64,000 bases of DNA, taken from contig CACJGU010000003.1 in assembly GCA_902593125.1 (NCBI GenBank), positions 46,905-110,904 of the forward strand. Direction: 5' to 3'. This document shows, in pieces, positions 16,745 through 24,793 of this stretch (position 1 is the stretch's first letter; the number at the start of each line of letters is the position of its first letter). This DNA is from an uncultured Alphaproteobacteria bacterium (GTDB lineage: Bacteria; Pseudomonadota; Alphaproteobacteria; HIMB59; GCA-002718135). Position numbers and translations under genes: made by a program. Under the pieces are notes generated by a model. That model was not told the DNA's origin. It searched no databases and saw nothing but the letters and a program-made list of their open reading frames with translations.

Positions 16745-17905
16745 ATGGAAGCTAGAGTATATAATAAAGAAAGAAATGCATCTTTTATAAGTGCATTTCT
16801 TATGATGTTTATAATAAGTATATATTTTGTTCATATTCCTTGGAACATTGATAGATTAGATATCAGTGAGTCAGAATTAGGATTTGGTTTATTTGTTTTT
16901 GGAATTTCTAATTTTTTTTCTAATCAAATTAGTGGTAGAATTATTGTTCCTAAATTTGGGACTTCAAATACAGTAATATTGGGATTAGTCATTTTTTGTT
17001 TTTGTCCACTTTTATTAATCAGTGTTCCAAACTACAATTCCTTTGTGATATCATGGATCCCTTTTGGAATTGCTATTGGATGTATGGTTCCGACTTTAAA
17101 TACACAAATTTCAATTGTTGAAAAAAAAACTGATAAGATTATTCTACCAATATTTCAGGCTTCCTATAGTACTGGATCATTGTTTGGATCAATAGCGGCA
17201 GCTTACTTTATAAGTTATATTTCTGATCCAAGAATTACTTTCTTTTTTTTAGGTACAATTATATTTGTGTATGTTTTTATATTTAAAATTTTTGGTTTAA
17301 AAAGAGAATATGAACCTGAAAAAGAAATTGTAAAGTTCAAATTACCAAAAAAATTAATTCTTATATATGGTTTTATGATGATGATGAATTTTGCTACAAT
17401 AGGAATTATTCTTGATTGGACTCCTGTATGGCTAACAAGAGATCTATCAGCCCCATTATTTTTAGGAGGAATACTTTTGATTTTTTTCAGTATAGGAGAA
17501 ATAGTTGCACGTTTAATGGGTAGCCGATTATTAAATTCGTTGGGCACTTATATTGTTGGGGGTTATTTTAGTATTGCATCAGGTATAGTTTTATTTTTAT
17601 CTGTATTAACAATGAATTTGTATTTTATAATATTTGGCATGTTATTATTTGGATTTGGTACTGCAAATTTTATTGCAATTGTTATACGAGAAGCAATAAG
17701 AATTTCAGATGAATCAATCAATATAACTGTTTCAAATCTTATAACACTTGGTTTTTCAGGGTTTATATTTGGACCAGTAGCAGTTGGGTATTTAGCAGAA
17801 TATTTTGGACTTACTTTTAATATGTATTTACTTTCAATTATTTGGGGCGGAAACGGTATAGCTTTAATTTATCTCATGAATATTAATAAATCAAAGATTA
17901 ATTAA
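16745..17905 (+). CDS. MFS-type transporter
   Basis: 386 aa with about 12 hydrophobic segments. It is co-directional with the ARH-fusion gene and 14 nt downstream of it. Confidence 0.72.
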   Translation: MEARVYNKERNASFISAFLMMFIISIYFVHIPWNIDRLDISESELGFGLFVFGISNFFSNQISGRIIVPKFGTSNTVILGLVIFCFCPLLLISVPNYNSFVISWIPFGIAIGCMVPTLNTQISIVEKKTDKIILPIFQASYSTGSLFGSIAAAYFISYISDPRITFFFLGTIIFVYVFIFKIFGLKREYEPEKEIVKFKLPKKLILIYGFMMMMNFATIGIILDWTPVWLTRDLSAPLFLGGILLIFFSIGEIVARLMGSRLLNSLGTYIVGGYFSIASGIVLFLSVLTMNLYFIIFGMLLFGFGTANFIAIVIREAIRISDESINITVSNLITLGFSGFIFGPVAVGYLAEYFGLTFNMYLLSIIWGGNGIALIYLMNINKSKIN

Positions 17906-18051
17906 TATTCATATTTATTACCAAAGTTCTTTTCTAAATATTGAATCATTTTATAAACTCATAAATAAACTTTGTGGTTCAAATTTGTAACATTACAAAA
18001 TCATTTTTTTTAACTTAATACAATGGCGATATTATGATAAAGAAGTATTAA

Positions 18052-18126
18052 GCCGCAGTAACTCAGGGGTAGAGTAACTCATTGGTAATGAGTAAGCCGG
18101 CAGTTCGAATCTGCCCTGTGGCACCA
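18052..18126 (+). tRNA. tRNA-Thr (anticodon GGU)
   Basis: Folds as GCCGCAG-TA-ACTC-AGGGGTA-GAGT-A-ACTCA-TTGGTAA-TGAGT-AAGCC-GGCAG-TTCGAAT-CTGCC-CTGTGGC-A-CCA. It is 75 nt with an encoded CCA, and the acceptor stem has one G:U pair. Confidence 0.9.
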
Positions 18127-18128
18127 TT
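18082..18128 (+). repeat. direct repeat copy 1 (3' half of tRNA-Thr, from the anticodon loop through CCA plus TT)
   Basis: 47 nt, matching 18599..18645 at 45/47 positions. Confidence 0.9.
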
Positions 18129-18132
18129 TTTA

Positions 18133-18519
18133 ATGAAATACATAATTATATTACTTATTTCCTTTATAAACATAGAAATAATGGCAAAACAAATATCAGA
18201 ATTAAGTTGGAAAAAGAGACTACTTATTGTTTCTTATGAAAAAAAAGAAGATCAAATATTTATCAAAACTAAAAAATTTATATCTGATAACAAATGCGAA
18301 ATTGAGGACAGAAACATAGAAATAATTTTTTATGAAAAATTTAAAAATATAAATTTTTCAAAACCAGAGTTTATTAATAATAATTATGGAATCTGGTTAA
18401 TTGGATATGATGGAATGATTAAAGATTCTAGTTTTGATGATAATATTTTTTTAAGATTATTTGCTTTAATAGACTCGATGCCGATGAGAAAAGATGAGAA
18501 GAATAACGATAAATGTTAA
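18133..18519 (+). CDS. secreted DUF4174-family protein
   Basis: 128 aa from the ATG at 18133 (the track's 18082 start lies inside the tRNA). It has a signal-like N-terminus MKYIIILLISFINIEIMA and DUF4174-like motifs WKKRLLIV, LIGYDGMIK and LFALIDSMPMRKDE. Confidence 0.65.
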   Translation: MKYIIILLISFINIEIMAKQISELSWKKRLLIVSYEKKEDQIFIKTKKFISDNKCEIEDRNIEIIFYEKFKNINFSKPEFINNNYGIWLIGYDGMIKDSSFDDNIFLRLFALIDSMPMRKDEKNNDKC

Positions 18520-18598
18520 CGATTTATTATTCAGTCACTTTTAGTTCATTTTTTTTATGAACCTTTACATTCCGCCAAAAATTTTCCTCGACAAGCCC

Positions 18599-18645
18599 TT
18601 GGTAATGAGTAAGCCGGCAGTTCGAGTCTGCCCTGCGGCACCATT
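18599..18645 (+). repeat. direct repeat copy 2 (orphan tRNA-Thr 3' half)
   Basis: Sequence TTGGTAATGAGTAAGCCGGCAGTTCGAGTCTGCCCTGCGGCACCATT. No tRNA 5' half lies upstream of it. Confidence 0.9.
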
Positions 18646-18661
18646 AAATTTGAAATTTTTT

Positions 18662-19069
18662 TTATTTTTCGGATCTACTAAATTTACGTAATTTAGGATC
18701 AAGTTTATAAAAATCTAGTTTACCTTTTGTAAATATATTTGAGTCTGTTTTTAGTTTTGTTGGATTTTCAAACATTCCTGCAGATATGCTTATAGATTTA
18801 CCTTTTTTGATTTTATAAAAAATACTTGCACCACATTTATTACAAAAACCTCTTTTTGCAAAGTTTGATGAGTTGTACCAACGTAAAGTACTTTTATTAA
18901 TGAAAATAATATTTTGTTCAAGACAGTTTGTATAGGCAGCATAATTACCGTGAGTTTTCATACATTGTTTGCAATGACAATTAATTACATAACGAAGTTT
19001 ACCGAAGATTTTAATTTTTACCCCGCCGCACAGACATTTGACAATTTGAGGTTGTTCTTTTTTTTTCAT
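18662..19069 (-). CDS. GFA-family (CENP-V / glutathione-dependent formaldehyde-activating-like) zinc protein
   Basis: 135 aa with Cys clusters CLCGG, CHCKQC and CNKCG typical of the GFA fold. Confidence 0.78.
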   Translation of the reverse strand: MKKKEQPQIVKCLCGGVKIKIFGKLRYVINCHCKQCMKTHGNYAAYTNCLEQNIIFINKSTLRWYNSSNFAKRGFCNKCGASIFYKIKKGKSISISAGMFENPTKLKTDSNIFTKGKLDFYKLDPKLRKFSRSEK

Positions 19070-19070
19070 A

Positions 19071-19487
19071 TTATAATTTAGAATAATTTCTTATAAATAA
19101 TATACCTGTTAAAAAAGTTATAGCAGAAAATATGTATGCATTACTTGTAATGACTTCAATATTTGTTTCACCGGGACTATCAGTAATAACATATCTCCAG
19201 AAATTTATAGAACAAACTAATTGAAATACAAAAATTGAAAAAAAAACAGGTAATTGGCGATCCAATCCTCTGAATAATATTGTAACCAAACCAATACTGA
19301 AAGTAACAAATATTATTCCAATAATCTCTGATAAACCGGCAACTGCATGATTAAAAAAACCTAAATTGTCTCTTGCAAATTCATCTGTAAAAACTAAAAG
19401 TTGAACAGCGAAATATAGAAAAAAAAAGATATTTATTATAATAATTAATATGTCTATTTTTTTATTCATTATTATGTATGATATCAT
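19071..19487 (-). CDS. hypothetical membrane protein (4 TM)
   Basis: 138 aa and hydrophobic, with a 1-nt gap to the GFA gene. The start could instead be the internal Met at 19469. Confidence 0.55.
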   Translation of the reverse strand: MISYIIMNKKIDILIIIINIFFFLYFAVQLLVFTDEFARDNLGFFNHAVAGLSEIIGIIFVTFSIGLVTILFRGLDRQLPVFFSIFVFQLVCSINFWRYVITDSPGETNIEVITSNAYIFSAITFLTGILFIRNYSKL

Positions 19488-19505
19488 CTATTAAACTTTC
19501 GTAAC

Positions 19506-20162
19506 ATGAAAATAACTTTATATTACTTTAAAATTCCATTTTGGAGAGCTGAAGTAACACGTTTATCTCTATTTATTGGTGACATTCCTTTCAGTGATCA
19601 TAGAATTGAAGGAGATGAATATGACGAATTTAAAAAAACAGGAAAATTACCTAATGGTAAAATTGCCCCATTTAAACAACTTCCAGTTTTAGAAGTTGAT
19701 GAAAAAATCTTTGCACAAACAGGTGCTATTGCAAGATACTGTGGTAAACTTTCTGGCTTATATCCTAAAGATGATGATTATAAATCAGCATTAATTGATC
19801 AAATTATTGAAGCAGCTCAAGATATAAATTTTCTGGTCACTTTGTCTGGGAGAGATAAAGACCCAGAAAAAAAGAAGGTAGCAAGAGACATACTAGCAAC
19901 TAGACACTTGCCAAAATGGTTCCAGTATTTGGAAAATCTGAATAAACAAAATGAGCAATCAATTTATTTTGTTGGAAAAGACTTAACTATAGCTGACTTA
20001 GCTATATGGAGATTGCTCGGTTGGCTAACATCTGGTTTATTAGATGGTGTGCCTACTAAAATTTTAGACATATATCCAAATTTAATTAAACTAAGAAAAG
20101 AAATATATAAAAATCCAAAGGTAATTAAATGGATGGATCAAGTTTACGGAAAAATAATCTAA
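19506..20162 (+). CDS. glutathione S-transferase family protein
   Basis: 218 aa. The N-terminal thioredoxin-like GST region (FKQLPVLEVDEKIFAQTGAIARY) is followed by an alpha-helical C-domain. Confidence 0.8.
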   Translation: MKITLYYFKIPFWRAEVTRLSLFIGDIPFSDHRIEGDEYDEFKKTGKLPNGKIAPFKQLPVLEVDEKIFAQTGAIARYCGKLSGLYPKDDDYKSALIDQIIEAAQDINFLVTLSGRDKDPEKKKVARDILATRHLPKWFQYLENLNKQNEQSIYFVGKDLTIADLAIWRLLGWLTSGLLDGVPTKILDIYPNLIKLRKEIYKNPKVIKWMDQVYGKII

Positions 20163-20166
20163 TTTC

Positions 20167-20904
20167 ATGACAGCATTAAGTGTAAATATAAATAAATTCG
20201 CCTTAGTCAGAAATGCCAGAGGAGCTAATATGCCTGATATAATTAATATTAGCAAAAAATGTCTGCAATATGGTGCAGATGGTATTACTGTTCATCCTAG
20301 ACCAGATGAGAGGCATGCTAAATTTTCAGATTTAGAACCTTTAAAAAACTTAATATCAAAATATAGGAATAAAGAATTCAATATCGAAGGATACCCATCT
20401 GATAACTTTATCAAAAAAGTAATTAATGTGAAACCTAATCAAGTGACACTAGTGCCAGATCCGCCCGGAGCTTTAACTTCATCTTTTGGCTGGGATTGTG
20501 AAAAAAATAAAACTTTTTTAACTGATGTTGTTCAAAAATTTCAGACTAACAACATAAGAGTTTCATTATTTATAAATCCATCAATTAAAACTTTAGAAAA
20601 TTTAGATAAGATTTCAACCAATAGAGTAGAGTTATACACTTATGATTATGCTCATAATTATTCAAAAAATAAATCAGAAGCTATTAAATCTTATATAAAA
20701 GTATCTTCATATTTAAAAAATAAATTTCCTCATATAGAATTAAATGCTGGACATGATTTAAATTTAGAAAATTTGGATTATTTTTTAAAATCAATTGATA
20801 ACATTAAAGAAGTATCAATAGGACACGCTTTAATATGTGATACATTTGAGTTTGGATTAGAAAATACAATAAAAAAATATCTAGAAATATCTTCTAGACT
20901 ATGA
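20167..20904 (+). CDS. pdxJ: pyridoxine 5'-phosphate synthase
   Basis: 245 aa with LSVNINKFALVRNARG and GITVHPRPDERH, both characteristic of PdxJ. Confidence 0.92.
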   Translation: MTALSVNINKFALVRNARGANMPDIINISKKCLQYGADGITVHPRPDERHAKFSDLEPLKNLISKYRNKEFNIEGYPSDNFIKKVINVKPNQVTLVPDPPGALTSSFGWDCEKNKTFLTDVVQKFQTNNIRVSLFINPSIKTLENLDKISTNRVELYTYDYAHNYSKNKSEAIKSYIKVSSYLKNKFPHIELNAGHDLNLENLDYFLKSIDNIKEVSIGHALICDTFEFGLENTIKKYLEISSRL

Positions 20905-21509
20905 CCTTCATATTTTGGTTACAGTTTGCTACTGTATGTATTGCTGGAGCAATGTCTCCTGGTCCGAGCTTAGCTTTAATCATTAGAAATAGTACAAAAT
21001 ATAACAGACTTGCTGGAGTTATGAGTGCAATGGGTCATGGACTAGGTATGGGAGTATATGCAATATTTGCTGTTACTGGACTATCTATTATCCTAACAAC
21101 AAACATTTATATTTTTAAATCAATACAGTTAGCCGGAATTGTACTACTTTTTATTTATGGTATTTTATTTATATTTCAAAAAAATGAAGAATTAAAAATC
21201 GAAAATAATCAAAAAAAATTTAATTCTTTTTTACAAGGATTTTCAATTTCTATTCTTAATCCAAAAATATTAATATGGTTTTCTGCTGTCTTCTCTCAAT
21301 TTGTTATAAGTGATTCAACTTTATTAATAAATTCTATACTTGTGCTAACAGCATCTATTATCGATTGTATTTGGTATATTTTAGTTGCTCTAATAGTAAC
21401 AAGCTATGGTTTAAAAGATTTTTTTCAAAAAAGAATAAATGCTATTCAAAAAATTTCTGGATCACTTCTAGTTATTATTTCAATTCTACTAGTAGTTGAT
21501 TTCTTCTAA
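20901..21509 (+). CDS. LysE/RhtB-family amino-acid exporter
   Basis: 202 aa with 6 TM segments and N-terminal motif AMSPGPSLALII. It has a 4-nt overlap with pdxJ. Confidence 0.8.
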   Translation: MTFIFWLQFATVCIAGAMSPGPSLALIIRNSTKYNRLAGVMSAMGHGLGMGVYAIFAVTGLSIILTTNIYIFKSIQLAGIVLLFIYGILFIFQKNEELKIENNQKKFNSFLQGFSISILNPKILIWFSAVFSQFVISDSTLLINSILVLTASIIDCIWYILVALIVTSYGLKDFFQKRINAIQKISGSLLVIISILLVVDFF

Positions 21510-22571
21510 TACTCTTAAAAAATTATTTCCCATTAGTTTTTCTATCTCTTCTTGATTATAACCCCTACTTTCTAATTTCTCTGCTATCTTTATATGATCT
21601 AAACAATCATTCCATCCTTTAGGCAAACAATCGAGTCCATCATAATCACTTCCCACCCCAACATAATCTATACCTATAAGTTTAATTATGTATTCCATGT
21701 GATCAATGAATAGGTCTAATTCTGGACATATACTTGATAATTTTTTTTGAAAAAAATGTTGTTTTGCAAGCCATTGAGAAGATCTATTAGAATGTTGTAT
21801 TTCAATTGATTTTATTTTTTCTTTATATTCATTTCTTGTCTTTGACTCTCTTTTTTTAAAGGTTGGATCAATAAAAAAGGGATAAGGATTAATGCCAATT
21901 AGTCCCTTTTTATTTTTTATAGCTATTATTTGATCATCATGTAAATTTCTAAAATGTGGACATATCTTGTAAACACTGGAGTGAGATGCAATAAATGGTT
22001 TTTGCGATATATTTTCTATATCCCAAAAACTTTTTTCACCGATATGAGAAACGTCAATTAATATTTTATTTTCTTGGCATATATTTACAACTTCTTTTCC
22101 AAAATCATTTAGTCCAATTGTTTTTAAATTTGTTTTGTTATATTTCTCATCATAATTTGATGATACCCAATCAAGAGAATGATTCCATGTAGGTCCAAAA
22201 TATAATAAACCTCTATTAATAAAGTGATATAAGTTGTCTAAGTTATTTTCCAATGCCTCTCCTCCCTCCATAGATATTGGAAGAAGTAGTTCATTCTTAT
22301 TAATCCCCTCTATTATATCTTTTATTGATCTAGGAATTTTAACATTTTCAATATTTGATAGTTTTTCAAGTTCATCAAACATTCTATTAGCTTTATTGAA
22401 AAAATTTGGATTTTTTGCTTTACTTGAAACCCAAACAATTAATATTTGTAAGTTAATACATGACTCTTTAAGTCGAGGTATATCAGTATGTCCATGCGAT
22501 GTTATCTTTGTAACATCCTCACCTTCCATAATTCTTTGCACAAGATCATTGTGCAAATCAGCAACAAACAT
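21489..22571 (-). CDS. membrane dipeptidase (peptidase family M19)
   Basis: 360 aa with an N-terminal DLHNDL motif, IDVSHIGEKSF and a GSDYDG region. Confidence 0.85.
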   Translation of the reverse strand: MFVADLHNDLVQRIMEGEDVTKITSHGHTDIPRLKESCINLQILIVWVSSKAKNPNFFNKANRMFDELEKLSNIENVKIPRSIKDIIEGINKNELLLPISMEGGEALENNLDNLYHFINRGLLYFGPTWNHSLDWVSSNYDEKYNKTNLKTIGLNDFGKEVVNICQENKILIDVSHIGEKSFWDIENISQKPFIASHSSVYKICPHFRNLHDDQIIAIKNKKGLIGINPYPFFIDPTFKKRESKTRNEYKEKIKSIEIQHSNRSSQWLAKQHFFQKKLSSICPELDLFIDHMEYIIKLIGIDYVGVGSDYDGLDCLPKGWNDCLDHIKIAEKLESRGYNQEEIEKLMGNNFLRVLEEINY

Positions 22572-22575
22572 TTAA

Positions 22576-23142
22576 TTAATCAATAATTTCCATTTTTATG
22601 ATCTTATCAGGATCTGTAGGTGGCTCACCCCTAGTTATATTGTCAACAAATTCCATTCCTTCCACAACTTGACCCCAAACACTGTATTGTCCATCTAAAA
22701 AAGAGCAGTCATTAAAACAAATAAAAAATTGGCTGTTAGCGCTATTGGGATTTTGTGCTCTTGCCATTGATACCGCTCCACGACCATGATTGATGTTTGA
22801 AAATTCTGCTTCTATATCTGGCATAGATGAACCTCCTGTTCCAGCTCTAGATAAATTAAATTTATCATTAGAAGAATTTCCAAATTCTACATCACCTGTT
22901 TGCGCCATAAAACCTTCAATTACCCTATGAAAAACAACTCCATCGTATTGTCCCTCACTTATTAATTTTTTAATTTGACCTACATGTTTTGGTGCTACGT
23001 CTGGTCTAGTTTCAATTACAACAACACCATCTTTTAATGTCATTTGAATCTTACCTCTTTTGTCATCTGCCATAGATTTACTCCCTAATAATATTATTAA
23101 TACAAATAGGTTTAAAAAAATTATTTTATTTAGTTTAATCAT
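22576..23142 (-). CDS. periplasmic peptidyl-prolyl cis-trans isomerase, cyclophilin type
   Basis: 188 aa with a signal peptide. It carries FHRVIEGFMAQTGD and SQFFICF motifs. Confidence 0.9.
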   Translation of the reverse strand: MIKLNKIIFLNLFVLIILLGSKSMADDKRGKIQMTLKDGVVVIETRPDVAPKHVGQIKKLISEGQYDGVVFHRVIEGFMAQTGDVEFGNSSNDKFNLSRAGTGGSSMPDIEAEFSNINHGRGAVSMARAQNPNSANSQFFICFNDCSFLDGQYSVWGQVVEGMEFVDNITRGEPPTDPDKIIKMEIID

Positions 23143-23187
23143 ATTTGTTTTCTTTACCTTATCTTAATTTGTTTTATATATACTTTA

Positions 23188-23652
23188 ATGCACGTCTTTG
23201 AAGAAAATATCAAGCAATTAGGTATAGAGATACCAGACATGCCAAATGCTCTCGCAAATTATGTACCTTACAAGTTATCAAATAGTATTGTTTATGTATC
23301 TGGTCAAGCACCAGTAATGAACGGTAAGCTTATTTATAAAGGAAAAGTTGGTAATGATATATCAATTGAAGATGGTATCAAAGCTGCTGAATTATGCTGT
23401 ATAAACATAATATCAGTTTTAAAAAAAAGCATTAATGGAGACTGGAATAAATTAGATAATTTTCTAAAACTAGGAGGCTTTGTAAACTGTAATAGTGATT
23501 TTGTTGATCAACCACAAATTATTAATGGAGCTTCAGACTTACTCGTTAAAGTTTTTGGTGAACAAGGAAAACACTCAAGGTTTGCAGTTGGTTCAAATTC
23601 TTTGCCTATGAATATTTCAGTTGAAATAGACGCTATAATAAAAATAAAATAA
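23188..23652 (+). CDS. RidA/YjgF/L-PSP family protein
   Basis: 154 aa. The size and the C-terminal region (RFAVGSNSLPMNISVEIDAI) are typical of the family. Confidence 0.75.
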   Translation: MHVFEENIKQLGIEIPDMPNALANYVPYKLSNSIVYVSGQAPVMNGKLIYKGKVGNDISIEDGIKAAELCCINIISVLKKSINGDWNKLDNFLKLGGFVNCNSDFVDQPQIINGASDLLVKVFGEQGKHSRFAVGSNSLPMNISVEIDAIIKIK

Positions 23653-23659
23653 TTATATT

Positions 23660-24793
23660 ATGAGTAAATTTTTTTTTTGCTCTTCTTTAAATTCAATTGA
23701 TAAACAGAGTTGGAATGATTGTGTAAATGATGACCATCCATTTCTTCAATATGAGTTTCTAAGTGCATTAGAAAGAAGTAATAGCGCAACGACTAAAACT
23801 GGCTGGCAACCATATCATTACATTGAAATGGATAATGATGATATAATTGCATTATGCCCTCTTTATATTAAGAGTCATTCATTTGGAGAATATATTTTTG
23901 ATCATTCTTGGGCAGATGCCTATCACAGGTATGGTTTAAATTATTATCCAAAGTTGCAATCTGCTATTCCATTTACACCAGTTACTGGAGATAGAATAAT
24001 CATCAATAATAAAGTAAAAAATAAAAAAGAAAAAGAAACAAAAATAATTAATAATATAATTGCTGAGGCAAAAAAAATTAACGTTTCTTCATTGCATTTC
24101 AATTTTATAAAAAATCCATCTCGATGGGAAAATAATAAGGATATAATGCTTAGATCTAACATTCAATTTCATTGGAAAAATAACGATTATAAAAATTTTG
24201 ATGATTTTCTTAAAAGCTTATCATCACGAAAAAGAAAGACTATTAAAAAAGAACGTCTATGCATAAGTAATAATAATTTAGAGGTTAAATTATTAAATGG
24301 TGATTTAATTAAAGAGGAACACATACAATTCTTTTATGATTGTTATTTGGACACAACTGGAAGAAAGTGGGGCTCTACCTATTTATCTAAAAACTTTTTT
24401 TACGACTTACTCTTAAATTTCAAGGATAAAATACTATTAATAATGGCTTTTCAGGAAAATATTAAAATAGCATCAGCAATTAATTTTTTAAGTAACTCTC
24501 ATTTATATGGAAGATTATGGGGAGCAAAGTATGAAATCCCATTTTTACATTTTGAATTATGTTATTATCAAGCAATAGATTATGCAATTGAAAACAATAT
24601 AAAAATTGTTGAAGCTGGTGCTCAAGGTGAACATAAATTACAAAGAGGATATGTACCAACAAAAACATGGAGTGCGCATTGGATTAAAGATAAAGAGTTT
24701 AGCAATGCTATTCAGAGTTTTCTTAATAAAGAAGGTCAATTAATTGAGAGTGAAAAAAATAAACTTGAAGTTTTATCTCCTTATAAAGGCTAG
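23660..24793 (+). CDS. FemAB-like / DUF482 GNAT-fold acyltransferase family protein
   Basis: 377 aa. The N-terminus (W..C...HPFLQYEFLSALE.S) and the C-terminal GAQGEHKLQRGY are typical of the PF04339-type family. Confidence 0.68.
   Translation: MSKFFFCSSLNSIDKQSWNDCVNDDHPFLQYEFLSALERSNSATTKTGWQPYHYIEMDNDDIIALCPLYIKSHSFGEYIFDHSWADAYHRYGLNYYPKLQSAIPFTPVTGDRIIINNKVKNKKEKETKIINNIIAEAKKINVSSLHFNFIKNPSRWENNKDIMLRSNIQFHWKNNDYKNFDDFLKSLSSRKRKTIKKERLCISNNNLEVKLLNGDLIKEEHIQFFYDCYLDTTGRKWGSTYLSKNFFYDLLLNFKDKILLIMAFQENIKIASAINFLSNSHLYGRLWGAKYEIPFLHFELCYYQAIDYAIENNIKIVEAGAQGEHKLQRGYVPTKTWSAHWIKDKEFSNAIQSFLNKEGQLIESEKNKLEVLSPYKG

Larger units (their letters stand above)
18127..18645 (+). mobile_element. 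possible remnant integrative cassette bounded by tRNA-Thr 3'-half direct repeats
   Basis: The layout is tRNA, then a 472-nt insert with one ORF, then a partial tRNA 3' copy. This is an attL/attR-like architecture. No integrase is present. Confidence 0.3.

Noticed and set aside
17990-18010. A TTGTAA-CA-TTACAA palindrome upstream of tRNA-Thr, considered as a regulatory site.
   Set aside because: The arms are only 6 bp in about 80% AT sequence, which is expected by chance. There is no second copy and no associated regulator.
18082-18132. The N-terminal 17 codons of the track ORF 18082..18519 (MVMSKPAVRICPVAPFL).
   Set aside because: This stretch lies inside the tRNA-Thr gene. The internal ATG at 18133 gives a typical signal peptide, so the extension is an artefact of taking the longest ORF.
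18599-18645. A possible second tRNA-Thr gene.
   Set aside because: Only the 3' half, from the anticodon loop to CCA, is present. The upstream sequence (..TCCTCGACAAGCCC) cannot form the anticodon stem, D-arm or 5' acceptor strand. I treated it as an att-like repeat instead.
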